DNA of 32,000 nucleotides from positions 799,646 through 831,645 of the forward strand of contig NC_003551.1 of the NCBI RefSeq assembly GCF_000007185.1, given 5' to 3'. A model generated the notes under the pieces. The model searched no databases. It saw nothing but the letters and a program-made list of their open reading frames with translations, and was not told the DNA's origin. Origin of the DNA: Methanopyrus kandleri AV19. GTDB taxonomy: Archaea > JAADCQ01 > Methanopyri > Methanopyrales > Methanopyraceae. Of the stretch, positions 16,640-24,541 are shown one piece after another. Position numbers and translations under genes: made by a program. Every line of letters begins with the position of its first letter. Within the stretch, counting starts at the first letter, position 1.

Positions 16640-17575
16640 TTGTACCCGAGAGGAAGGGAGGCTACCCTCGCGGCCGTCTTGCATACCATACTGCGGGACC
16701 GTCCCTCGACACAGAAAGAGATCGCAGAGAAGGTTGGCGTTTCCCGACGATACGTGACGGAACTCCTAAGGCCGCTCATCGAGGAGGGCGCCGTTCGAAG
16801 GACGTATACCGTCGACATGTCGAAGCTCAGACGCCATTTCCCCGAATTATTCGAGGAGCTTGGAAACTTCCTGTACGAAGATGTGGAGATGCACTTAGAG
16901 GGCGTCCGACCTTACTTCAAACGCATGACCGACCTGACCCTCGAGCAGATCGAGACGGCTCTTATCGCGGTCGAGGAGAACCCGGAACAGGCCCCCAAAG
17001 TTATCGAGATGGACGAGGAAGTGAACCGGTTGGACGAGGAAATACGTCTCTACGTCCGGACGCTTCCAGTCCTCCATCCTTGTGAAGAAGCCGGCAAGGT
17101 GGCGACCCTACTGCTGGAGATCTCGCACTGCATCGAGCGGATAGGGGACTACGCGTGCAACATCGCGGAGGTGGCGGAAACACTCGGGACACTGTCCGAC
17201 CTGCAATGCTGGAGGGAAGTGCGGGAGGCCGCCCTGGAAGCCCGTAGCATGGTGAAAACCGCCTACAGCATTTTCCTCGGTCGGGTGAAGGAGGAGGACC
17301 TGCGCCATGAAGCCGAAAAGGTGTACTGCGCCGAAGATCGTGTCCACAAAAACATAATTAGGGCGTGTGAGAAGGCCGTCGAGGAAACGAAAGAGTTTCC
17401 TGAAAAGGCCGACCGACTGTTCGGTCTCTCTCGGATCACGAAGGACATCGAGCGTATCGCGGATAAGGCTGTAGACGTTGTAGATTTCACGCGCGAGCTC
17501 GTAGAGGGTAGGCCCCGGGATCTCACACCTGAGCAGGAGATGAGGAGCACCCTACCCGCTGACGGCACTCATTAG
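16640..17575 (+). CDS. Winged-HTH + PhoU-domain regulator (phosphate uptake regulator-like)
   Basis: 311 aa. N-terminal wHTH (STQKEIAEKVGVSRRYVTELLRPLIEEGAV) and two PhoU-type repeats ending in the conserved E/D-R-I-G/A-D motifs (HCIERIGDYACNIAE and KDIERIADKAVDV). The TTG start is preceded by GGAGGTGA. Confidence 0.75.
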   Translation: MYPRGREATLAAVLHTILRDRPSTQKEIAEKVGVSRRYVTELLRPLIEEGAVRRTYTVDMSKLRRHFPELFEELGNFLYEDVEMHLEGVRPYFKRMTDLTLEQIETALIAVEENPEQAPKVIEMDEEVNRLDEEIRLYVRTLPVLHPCEEAGKVATLLLEISHCIERIGDYACNIAEVAETLGTLSDLQCWREVREAALEARSMVKTAYSIFLGRVKEEDLRHEAEKVYCAEDRVHKNIIRACEKAVEETKEFPEKADRLFGLSRITKDIERIADKAVDVVDFTRELVEGRPRDLTPEQEMRSTLPADGTH

Positions 17576-17586
17576 GGGGGTGCCGG

Positions 17587-18303
17587 TTGTACTACATCGG
17601 GCTCGGTGGCTTCGGCTGTCGGTTCTCCACTCACGCCTCAAACGCAGGCCTCGAGGTGATCCTCTGCGCGGGATCCAGAGGAGACCTACTGCGGGTGTCG
17701 GAAGGCGAGAAAATCGAGGTGGCCAGCGGTATCGGGTTCAGTCGGGACTGGCGTAAGGCTTCCGAGGAGCTGCAAGAGCAAGCGGAGACTATCCGTGAGA
17801 CGTTAGAAAGGGTGGGCGCCGAGGAACCCACGGTCCTCGCTTTCGGTCTCGGTGGAGCCGTCGGATACGCTTTAGCGCAGCAGATTCTGAAGGAGCCTCC
17901 GGTGCCTTTCATCGTACTGACCACGGTTCCGGGAGAATCGGAGGATCCTCAGGTGCGTCGCAACGCTGCTGAACAGGTGAAGAGCGTCCTGGGAGTGTCC
18001 ATCAAGCTTCCCGTCCTCTGGGTGGACAACGCGTTAGGTGGGTATGAACGGGTTAACAGGGTACTCGAGAGGACACTCCTCGACCTCCGAGACTTCCTGG
18101 GCGTGCCCGTGGAGGAGCTCCCGAACTTGGCCGGTAACTACGCGTTGTCACCTTCGATATCCGGAGAGAAGGTGACCGGGGACGTCGTCAAGACATCGGC
18201 GGATGAGGTCAGGAAGCTGGTGAAGAGTAGGGAGCCAGAGGAACACGTGGTTCGACGCGAGCGCCGTGGGCCTGACCCGGAGTCGCTGAGAGAATTGTTC
18301 TAA
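17587..18303 (+). CDS. Divergent, truncated FtsZ/tubulin-like GTPase-domain protein (degenerate signature motif)
   Basis: 238 aa, collinear with the FtsZ N-terminal domain. YIGLGGFGCRF aligns with T1 GxGGxGxN. ASGIGFSRDWRKASEE aligns with T3 G.GAGG.P..G..AAEE. VLAFGLGGAVGYALAQ aligns with the T4 signature GLGGGTG(S/T)G. VLTTVPGESEDPQVRRNAAE aligns with T5 vvT.PF.fEG..R...A. LWVDNAL aligns with T6 ipN..L. No T7 loop or C-terminal domain is present. This is pattern-level inference. Confidence 0.55.
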   Translation: MYYIGLGGFGCRFSTHASNAGLEVILCAGSRGDLLRVSEGEKIEVASGIGFSRDWRKASEELQEQAETIRETLERVGAEEPTVLAFGLGGAVGYALAQQILKEPPVPFIVLTTVPGESEDPQVRRNAAEQVKSVLGVSIKLPVLWVDNALGGYERVNRVLERTLLDLRDFLGVPVEELPNLAGNYALSPSISGEKVTGDVVKTSADEVRKLVKSREPEEHVVRRERRGPDPESLRELF

Positions 18304-18315
18304 GGGGGAACCGCT

Positions 18316-18552
18316 ATGGCGAGGAAAGCTAGAGTGACGCTCACACTCTCCGAGGACGCCTTGGCCCGGGTCCTAGCGACCAAAGACGCCCTCGAGGGAG
18401 ACAGTATCTCGGCTACCGTCGGTAAGTTGGTGAAGTTCGGGTTCGCGTACCTCAGGGAGAAGTTCCCCGAACTGTTCGAGGGTATAAATCTCGAGGAGTA
18501 CCGTGAGAAGGCGCGTGAGCGCTGGTTCGATTCCGGATCCTCTCGGTCATAG
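18316..18552 (+). CDS. Ribbon-helix-helix (CopG/Arc-like) small DNA-binding protein
   Basis: 78 aa. The N-terminal basic beta-strand RKARVTLTLSEDAL is followed by two helices (ARVLATKDALEGDSISATVGKLVKFG), matching the RHH layout. It lies 12 nt after the FtsZ-like gene. Confidence 0.6.
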   Translation: MARKARVTLTLSEDALARVLATKDALEGDSISATVGKLVKFGFAYLREKFPELFEGINLEEYREKARERWFDSGSSRS

Positions 18553-18560
18553 TTTTTAAA
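18553..18560 (+). promoter_or_regulatory. TTTTTAAA element: TATA box for argJ and/or oligo-T terminator of the upstream operon
   Basis: It lies immediately after the RHH gene TAG stop and 32 nt upstream of the argJ TTG, which implies a very short leader. Confidence 0.45.
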
Positions 18561-18591
18561 CTCGGGTCAGGGGCCCCTCCAGGGAACCGCG

Positions 18592-19755
18592 TTGCGGGCA
18601 CCTGAAGGCTTCCTTCTAGGTGGCATCAAACGCGAAGGTATAGGAGTCGGGTTGATCTTCTCGGAGCGTCGATGTGCCGTGGCGGGCACTTTCACCGAGA
18701 ACACCCTCCGCGCCGCTCCGGTGGAGCACTCCGAGGAAGTGTGCGATCGAGGTGTCGCCCGCGGAGTGATAGTGAACAGTGGTCACGCCAACGCGATGAC
18801 GGGTGAGGAGGGGTATCAGGACGTACTGCGCACGGCGGAAGCGATCGCTGAGCTAATGGGGGCTCCGGAGGACGAGATAGTGGTGTGTTCTACGGGCGTG
18901 ATCGGTGAGCGTCCTCCTGTCGACAAGATCGTGAGGTACGCGCGCGAAGTTTGGGAGGATATAGGACCCACCGAACGGCACGTTCGGGAGTTTAGTCGGG
19001 CTATCATGACCACCGATACCGAGGAGAAAATAGCTTTGTACGAAGGCGATGGCTGGTCACTTCTCGGAATCGCGAAGGGTGCGGGTATGATACATCCGAA
19101 CATGTCCACTATGCTCGCGTTCTTGCTCACCGATGTAGGAGCGAAACCGAAAGAGCTTCAGATGTGGCTACGCGATGTCGTGAACGACACGTTCAACATG
19201 ATAACGGTAGATGGGGATGAAAGCACTAACGATTCCGTGGTGCTGCTGGCGAACGGCAGCTCGAACCTCAAAGTCGGCAGCGATGTTACCATCACGGAGT
19301 TCCAGCGCGCCCTGGAAGAGGTCTGTACGGAGCTCGCTGAGAAGATCGTACGAGACGGTGAAGGAGCGACGAAGCTCATGATAGTGTGTGTACACGGTGC
19401 GAGTAATGAAGTAGAAGCTCGGCGTGCGGCCCGTGCGATAGCGTCCTCAAACCTGGTGAAGGCGGCGCTGTTCGGCGAGAATCCGAACTGGGGCCGGATC
19501 GGAGCCGCTGTCGGGGCCGCACGCGTCGATGTTGATCCGGACGAGTTACGGATAGCTTTCCGCAGCTCAGAGGGCGAGATAGTGACCTACGAAGGAGGTC
19601 CAGTGGACTTCGACGAAGAGAAGGCTAAGCGCGTTCTCTCCGCGAGTGAAGTCGAGATTGTGGTGGACTTAGGCGTAGGTGACGCGTCCGCCCGCGCGTG
19701 GGGGTGCGACTTAACGTACGAGTACGTACGGATCAACGCGGAGTACAGGACTTGA
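18592..19755 (+). CDS. argJ: Bifunctional glutamate N-acetyltransferase / amino-acid acetyltransferase (ornithine acetyltransferase ArgJ)
   Basis: 387 aa. It contains the ArgJ autoprocessing site context GAGMIHPNMSTMLAFLLTDV, plus TVDGDESTNDSV and FGENPNWGRI. The start is TTG. Confidence 0.95.
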   Translation: MRAPEGFLLGGIKREGIGVGLIFSERRCAVAGTFTENTLRAAPVEHSEEVCDRGVARGVIVNSGHANAMTGEEGYQDVLRTAEAIAELMGAPEDEIVVCSTGVIGERPPVDKIVRYAREVWEDIGPTERHVREFSRAIMTTDTEEKIALYEGDGWSLLGIAKGAGMIHPNMSTMLAFLLTDVGAKPKELQMWLRDVVNDTFNMITVDGDESTNDSVVLLANGSSNLKVGSDVTITEFQRALEEVCTELAEKIVRDGEGATKLMIVCVHGASNEVEARRAARAIASSNLVKAALFGENPNWGRIGAAVGAARVDVDPDELRIAFRSSEGEIVTYEGGPVDFDEEKAKRVLSASEVEIVVDLGVGDASARAWGCDLTYEYVRINAEYRT

Positions 19756-19912
19756 CCCTCCCCGCCTTAAAGGATGATTCGGGGCGTCGGCCCTCTGTTC
19801 AGTCACATCTTTCACTGGGCGGGCAGTCGAGCCGTTCAGAATGCATTTCGGGAGCAAATAGCGGGTGGGTTCGGGGCGATTTCTACGGATCGCCGATCGC
19901 CCGTGGTAACCC

Positions 19913-19923
19913 AAGAATAAAAA
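19913..19923 (+). promoter_or_regulatory. TATA-like element upstream of the LOR/SDH gene
   Basis: AAGAATAAAAA ends 20 nt before TTG 19943. A transcription start about 25 nt downstream would favour GTG 19964 as the real start, with GGAGGATGAGG as the SD. Confidence 0.35.
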
Positions 19924-19942
19924 CTCTCCCATCCTTTCAACC

Positions 19943-21217
19943 TTGGAGGATGAGGCTAGCAGCGTGAGGGGGCCTCACTTGACCGACAGGGAGGAAGTGG
20001 TAGAACTCCGCGGTCATATTATCGACTCACTCATTTTCTCCCGGGTACTGGACACTATCATGGAGATGGGCGGAGATTTTGAAATATTGGAATTCAAGGT
20101 AGGGAAGCGTAAAACGGACCCTAGTTTCGCGAAGATCCTCGTCAAGGGGAAGGATCCTGAGCATCTTAGAGAGATAGTCTCCGAACTACGCAAGTACGGG
20201 GCGGTCCCCGTTCACACGCAGGAAGTCCGACTGGAGCCGGCTCCGGCGGACGGCGTCTGTCCCCGGGGCTTCTACACAACTACGAACCACCGAACGTTCG
20301 TACTTTTCGACGGCGAGTGGATCGAGGTCGAGGACATAGAGATGGACTGCGCGATCGTGGTTTACCCGGAGGAACGCAGGGCAGTGGCTAAACCCATCCG
20401 AGAGGTTCGTGAGGGAGAGTTGGTGGTAGTGGGAGACAGAGGAGTGCGCGTGAAGCCCCCCGAGAGACCCCGCGGTAGGACTGGAATCTTCGGCTTCATG
20501 GAGAGCGAAGTCTCACCTGAAAAGCCCACACCAACGCTGATCCGAAGAATAGCTGAAGAACTAGAGTGGCACCGAAAGAACGGTAAAATCGTGGTAGTCG
20601 TTGGCCCTGCCGTGATTCACGCTGGAGCCCGTGATGATCTGGCATGGATGATCAGAGAGGGGTACGTAGACGTACTCTTCGCGGGTAATGCCGTGGCTAC
20701 GCACGACGTTGAAGCTAGTTTATTCGGGACGTCACTCGGTGTGGATTTGGAGACGGGTGAGCCAGTAAAAGGAGGACACAGCCACCACCTTTACGCCATC
20801 AACGAGATCCGGCGAGTGGGCGGGTTACGCGAAGCCGTCGAGAAAGGAATCCTGAAAGATGGGATAATGTACGAGTGCATCGTCAACGATGTTCCGTACG
20901 TGTTGGCAGGCTCGATACGTGATGATGGTCCTATCCCGGACGTAATCACCGACGTCATGGAAGCCCAAGCGGAGATGCGACGTCATCTCAAGGGGGCCAC
21001 CCTAGTGCTGATGATGGCGACGATGCTTCACTCGATCGCCACCGGCAACCTCTTGCCTTCCTGGGTCAAGACTATCTGCGTAGATATCAACCCGGCGGTA
21101 GTTACGAAGTTGATGGATCGAGGGACCGCCCAGGCTCTGGGAATAGTGTCCGACGTCGGTGTATTCCTACCGGAACTCGTGAAGGAGCTCAAGAGGGTCC
21201 GCGACGACGAGGCTTAG
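19943..21217 (+). CDS. LOR/SDH-domain protein of the conserved archaeal family (archaeal-type ornithine cyclodeaminase-like)
   Basis: 424 aa. A small N-terminal ACT-like domain (ELRGHIIDSLIFSRVLDTIMEMGGDFEILEFKVG) and a C-terminal Rossmann-like domain (VVVVGPAVIHAGARDD...LFAGNAVATHD...GGHSHHL...VLAGSIRDDGPIPDV). The start may be GTG 19964 rather than TTG 19943. Confidence 0.78.
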   Translation: MEDEASSVRGPHLTDREEVVELRGHIIDSLIFSRVLDTIMEMGGDFEILEFKVGKRKTDPSFAKILVKGKDPEHLREIVSELRKYGAVPVHTQEVRLEPAPADGVCPRGFYTTTNHRTFVLFDGEWIEVEDIEMDCAIVVYPEERRAVAKPIREVREGELVVVGDRGVRVKPPERPRGRTGIFGFMESEVSPEKPTPTLIRRIAEELEWHRKNGKIVVVVGPAVIHAGARDDLAWMIREGYVDVLFAGNAVATHDVEASLFGTSLGVDLETGEPVKGGHSHHLYAINEIRRVGGLREAVEKGILKDGIMYECIVNDVPYVLAGSIRDDGPIPDVITDVMEAQAEMRRHLKGATLVLMMATMLHSIATGNLLPSWVKTICVDINPAVVTKLMDRGTAQALGIVSDVGVFLPELVKELKRVRDDEA

Positions 21218-21413
21218 TCCACTCTTCCACCCTGCGCTCGATGAGTTCTTCCATCACCTTTTTAGCCTCTTCCAGCGCATCCTTCGTCCCCCTGAAGGCT
21301 AGGACCGTTGTCTTCGTCCCGCCCCGTTCAATCTCCCGTTGCACGACTTTTACGTCGCACCTTCGTTCCACCTCGGCGATCACGTCCGCGGGGACGCCCA
21401 GTGGTATTATCAT
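21189..21413 (-). CDS. Small hypothetical alpha/beta protein (KH-like pattern)
   Basis: The ORF opens at 21560, but its N-terminal 49 codons look non-coding and would overlap the divergent 2PGK gene. ATG 21413 gives MIIPLGVPADVIAEVERRCDVKVVQREIERGGTKTTVLAFRGTKDALEEAKKVMEELIERR. GTG 21452 and GTG 21443 are alternative starts. Confidence 0.45.
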   Translation of the reverse strand: MIIPLGVPADVIAEVERRCDVKVVQREIERGGTKTTVLAFRGTKDALEEAKKVMEELIERRVEEWTKPRRRGPS

Positions 21414-21471
21414 ATCATACTTCTTGGTATCTCGTTCGGACACCTTCGACACCCCCAGAGGGGGATGACCG

Positions 21472-22455
21472 TTGTCGGAAAAAAGTAGCCGGAAGGAGCG
21501 AGATGAGAAGACGGAGAAAGAGACCGCCAGACAGGGAAAGCACCGCCGCATCAGGGTCAAGTCTAGGCACTACGAAATGCCGTTTTCCCGAGGCGTTCTC
21601 GCCAGATCCCTCACAGCGATCGGCGTCGAGCCTCACAAAGCGTACGAGATTGCACTCAAGATCAAAGAAGAGCTGCAAGATGAAGGTATAGAGGAAATTA
21701 GCACTGATGAATTGGCGGATATAATCCGGACTAAACTTGAGGAAATCGATGAGACACTAGCGGAACGATATGAGCTATGGAGGAGGATTAAGAAGCGCGA
21801 GGAGCCGATAATAGTCTTAATTGGAGGAGCTTCTGGTGTCGGTACATCTACGATAGCCTCTGAGGTAGGACACAGGCTCGGTATTACGAACGTCATCGGT
21901 ACCGACGCTATTAGAGAAGTAATGCGCAGAGTTTTAGCCGAGGAGTTGTATCCGACTCTCTATGAGTCTTCGTACACAGCTTGGAAGCGATTGCGCTATG
22001 AACCCGCCGAAGACCCTGTGATTACTGGGTTTCTTGACCACTCTGAACCAGTGGTGGTCGGTATTGAGGGAGTTGTGAATCGATCGATCAATGAAGGTAT
22101 CCACGTGATCGTAGAGGGCGTTCATATCGTTCCACGATTGATTAAGAAGGAGATTCTCAACTACCCAAACGTGTTCGTGTTCATGCTCGCTGTAGAGGAC
22201 GAAGAGGCGCATAAGTGGCGCTTCTACGCCAGGTCCAGGGATACCAAACTCTCACGACCCGCCGAGCGGTACTTGAAGTACTTCGAGGAGATCCGTAGAA
22301 TCCACGACTTCCTCGTGGAGGACGCCGAAGAACACGATATCCCGGTGATCAACAACGAACATATCGATGAAACGGTGGACCAGATCGTGAGCTACATATC
22401 CTCTAAACTCCTGAAGGGTGAGAGAGAGCTATCCAAGAGCGTCTCCTGGTGGTGA
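21472..22455 (+). CDS. pgk2: 2-phosphoglycerate kinase
   Basis: 327 aa. EMPFSRGVLARSLTAIGVEPHKAYEIALKIKEEL (ATP-cone-like N-terminal domain) and P-loop IIVLIGGASGVGTSTIASEV...TDAIREVMR. TTG is the only in-frame start upstream of the conserved N-terminus and is preceded by GGGGGAT. This is the cyclic-2,3-diphosphoglycerate pathway enzyme of thermophilic methanogens. Confidence 0.85.
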   Translation: MSEKSSRKERDEKTEKETARQGKHRRIRVKSRHYEMPFSRGVLARSLTAIGVEPHKAYEIALKIKEELQDEGIEEISTDELADIIRTKLEEIDETLAERYELWRRIKKREEPIIVLIGGASGVGTSTIASEVGHRLGITNVIGTDAIREVMRRVLAEELYPTLYESSYTAWKRLRYEPAEDPVITGFLDHSEPVVVGIEGVVNRSINEGIHVIVEGVHIVPRLIKKEILNYPNVFVFMLAVEDEEAHKWRFYARSRDTKLSRPAERYLKYFEEIRRIHDFLVEDAEEHDIPVINNEHIDETVDQIVSYISSKLLKGERELSKSVSWW

Positions 22456-22461
22456 TGTATC

Positions 22462-22878
22462 TTGACGTTCCGCGAGAAGTTACGCGGTTGTAAGGTCGAG
22501 GAACTGATGACCAAAGACCCTATCACCGCGTCTCCTCAAGTTGGAGTGATAGAAGCGTTCGAGATCATGCTCAAGCATGATGTTGGAGCACTGCCGGTAG
22601 TGGACGATGAGGGGAGACTTATAGGGCTCGTAACCCGAACCGACCTCGGGCGCGCACTACTCGAAGACGAGTACGAGCCCGGAACCACCGTCGAAGAGGT
22701 GATGGAAAGGGACGTGGTAGTAGTTCACCCGGATGACACCTTACTCGAGGCCTTGAAACGCATGACCTCCGCCCCTGAGGGTATCTATAACCAGCTTCCC
22801 GTAGTCGACGATGAAGAGAAGCTGGTGGGAATACTGACGGACGGGGACATCCTTCGGTGGATAGCGAAGAAACTGTGA
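22462..22878 (+). CDS. CBS-domain pair protein
   Basis: 138 aa with two CBS repeats (VEELMTKDPITA...GALPVVDDEGRLIGLVTRTDL and VEEVMERDVVVV...QLPVVDDEEKLVGILTDGDIL). Confidence 0.9.
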   Translation: MTFREKLRGCKVEELMTKDPITASPQVGVIEAFEIMLKHDVGALPVVDDEGRLIGLVTRTDLGRALLEDEYEPGTTVEEVMERDVVVVHPDDTLLEALKRMTSAPEGIYNQLPVVDDEEKLVGILTDGDILRWIAKKL

Positions 22879-23105
22879 GGGTCAGAGCGCGGGAAGCGCC
22901 GGAGGAATTACTTTCGCTGTTACGTAAGCTCGGGCTCTCAATCGCCCGGACCAAGAGCGGCTACGAGGTTAGGGGCCCCAAATCTCGGTTTCTGAGGGCC
23001 CTTCAACATATACCGCCCAAGATGGCTATTCTGGCCCGCGAGACCGTCGAAGAATTAAGACGGGCAGTCGGGGTGGAAAGGCCCAGGTTATCCTATCGCC
23101 GTTAG
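22875..23105 (+). CDS. Small hypothetical basic protein, translationally coupled to the CBS gene
   Basis: The ORF opens at 22857. GTG 22875 overlaps the CBS TGA stop in a GTGA arrangement. The product is 76 aa (VRVRAREAPEELLSLLRKLGLSIARTKSGYEVRGPKSRF...). No motif recognised. Confidence 0.4.
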   Translation: MRVRAREAPEELLSLLRKLGLSIARTKSGYEVRGPKSRFLRALQHIPPKMAILARETVEELRRAVGVERPRLSYRR

Positions 23106-23986
23106 AACACTATGTACTTGCCACGCAGTATATCTCGGTCTACCACGTATATGCGCTGCTTACCGCCTGAGTTTGATATCCATAGTGCCAAGGTTAAATG
23201 TTTAGATTTTGCATGTTCTGGTAATACCAGCACCATGGCCATTCTATCTCCGAAGTTTACGGTTCGATCGCCAACTTTCTCCTTCCCGGGTCCTAGAAGG
23301 GTTAGCTTTGCGGTTCCTAGTCGGGCAATCAACTGCTCGATTACGAGGCAACCTCTGGCACCCGTGGAGTGTAAGGCGCGCTCGATGCGTTCTTCTATGA
23401 GCGTATGTTTGCCATCACTTACGTTGCACAGTACCTCTCCGACAACTGCGTTGTAACGCACTTTCAGCTTCGGTCCATCCATCAACCGATTACCAAGCTC
23501 ACGGCGTATCGCCCGCTTGATGGCGTTAACGTCGGGCTTTCCGTCGTACGATGCTTGGAACACGAACTTGGACCCTTTAATCACGGTACCCCTGGCGTCC
23601 AGTACCTTATCCTTCAACCGCTCCTCGATTCGTTTTTTCACGTCTTCCGGGTCCGCAGTCAACGGGACTAGAGCGTCCACGACGAAGACCGTGTATCCCT
23701 TGATCTTGACTTTCCTGACGTCTACGTTCTCCACACCACCCGCACTGCTTACGGCACTCTTCACGTCGGATGTCTTAACACCGGGCTTGGGCACGGCTAG
23801 GTATCGGACGACCGACACCTGGTAATCCTTCACTATGCTCGCATCGACCGTCCCTTCGGCCGCCGCTACGGCACTCTGTCCCCCCATCATGAAGGAGGGA
23901 ATCGCGGATAGCACCATCATGGCTGCGAGAAAGATTATTCCGGCGGTGACGATGGATTTTCGGTGTCTTCGAATCCAGCCGAACAA
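23102..23986 (-). CDS. Signal-anchored protein with repeated alpha/beta domains (uncharacterised)
   Basis: 294 aa. An N-terminal TM helix (IVTAGIIFLAAMMVLSAIPSF) is followed by YQVSVVRYLAVPKPGVKTSDVKSAVSSAGGVENVDVRKVKIKGYTVFVVDALVPLTADPEDVKKRIEERL. This has the same beta-alpha-beta-beta-alpha pattern as the first domain of the 10157-10780 protein. It starts 3 nt after the CYTH gene stop. Confidence 0.55.
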   Translation of the reverse strand: MFGWIRRHRKSIVTAGIIFLAAMMVLSAIPSFMMGGQSAVAAAEGTVDASIVKDYQVSVVRYLAVPKPGVKTSDVKSAVSSAGGVENVDVRKVKIKGYTVFVVDALVPLTADPEDVKKRIEERLKDKVLDARGTVIKGSKFVFQASYDGKPDVNAIKRAIRRELGNRLMDGPKLKVRYNAVVGEVLCNVSDGKHTLIEERIERALHSTGARGCLVIEQLIARLGTAKLTLLGPGKEKVGDRTVNFGDRMAMVLVLPEHAKSKHLTLALWISNSGGKQRIYVVDRDILRGKYIVF

Positions 23987-23989
23987 CGA

Positions 23990-24535
23990 TCACTCCCCCT
24001 GGTCGAGCAGCATCTCCAAGTACGAGTGACGTACTCGCTTACCCTCGACTCTCAGCTCCTCCAAGATACTTACCAGCAGCTTCTCTTTCTCATCGACCTC
24101 CGACTCATCGTCCGCCTTACACTCCAGCTCGAGAAACGTGCCGAGACCCTCCACCTCATCCAGCGCCGCTACAACTTTTTCTCCGTTCACTTCGAGCGTG
24201 TAGACCGTCCTAAGCTTCTTTACTTCCGCGTGCTCTAGCGGCTCGAACCCTAGGTGGCGCAGGATGGCGTCGGTTGTCTCGAAATCGTCGACTACCACTT
24301 CTAACTCCACCCGTGACTTCTCGCGCCCTACCTTCGGTCCCTTGTAAGTTAGTGCGACTTTATCGTCGGAGCAGCGCAGTCGAAGTGCTTCGTCCGTCTC
24401 CGCGAAGTCACGGCAAGGATGCTGGTAATACAGGTCCCGCTGTCGGACGGTCCTTACCTTCTCTCCGAGCTCCTCCAAGCGCTTCCGCACGTCTTCGGGG
24501 TTCTTCAGCTTGACCTTAACCTCTACCTCGTACAC
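23990..24535 (-). CDS. CYTH-domain protein (class IV adenylate cyclase / triphosphate tunnel metalloenzyme family)
   Basis: 181 aa. The N-terminal ExExK motif (MYEVEVKVKL) is followed by LRLR...LTYKG...R.E.E and GTFLELE strands typical of the CYTH tunnel. Confidence 0.85.
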   Translation of the reverse strand: MYEVEVKVKLKNPEDVRKRLEELGEKVRTVRQRDLYYQHPCRDFAETDEALRLRCSDDKVALTYKGPKVGREKSRVELEVVVDDFETTDAILRHLGFEPLEHAEVKKLRTVYTLEVNGEKVVAALDEVEGLGTFLELECKADDESEVDEKEKLLVSILEELRVEGKRVRHSYLEMLLDQGE

Positions 24536-24541
24536 ACCGGA

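Noticed and set aside
20631-20925. C-box-like GUGAUGA heptamers inside the LOR/SDH CDS (20631-20637 and 20919-20925), plus similar ones near 13026 and 14181
   Set aside because: No CUGA-type D or D' box lies at the required 12-nt or roughly 50-nt spacing. They are expected by chance in Asp/Met/Val-rich coding sequence.
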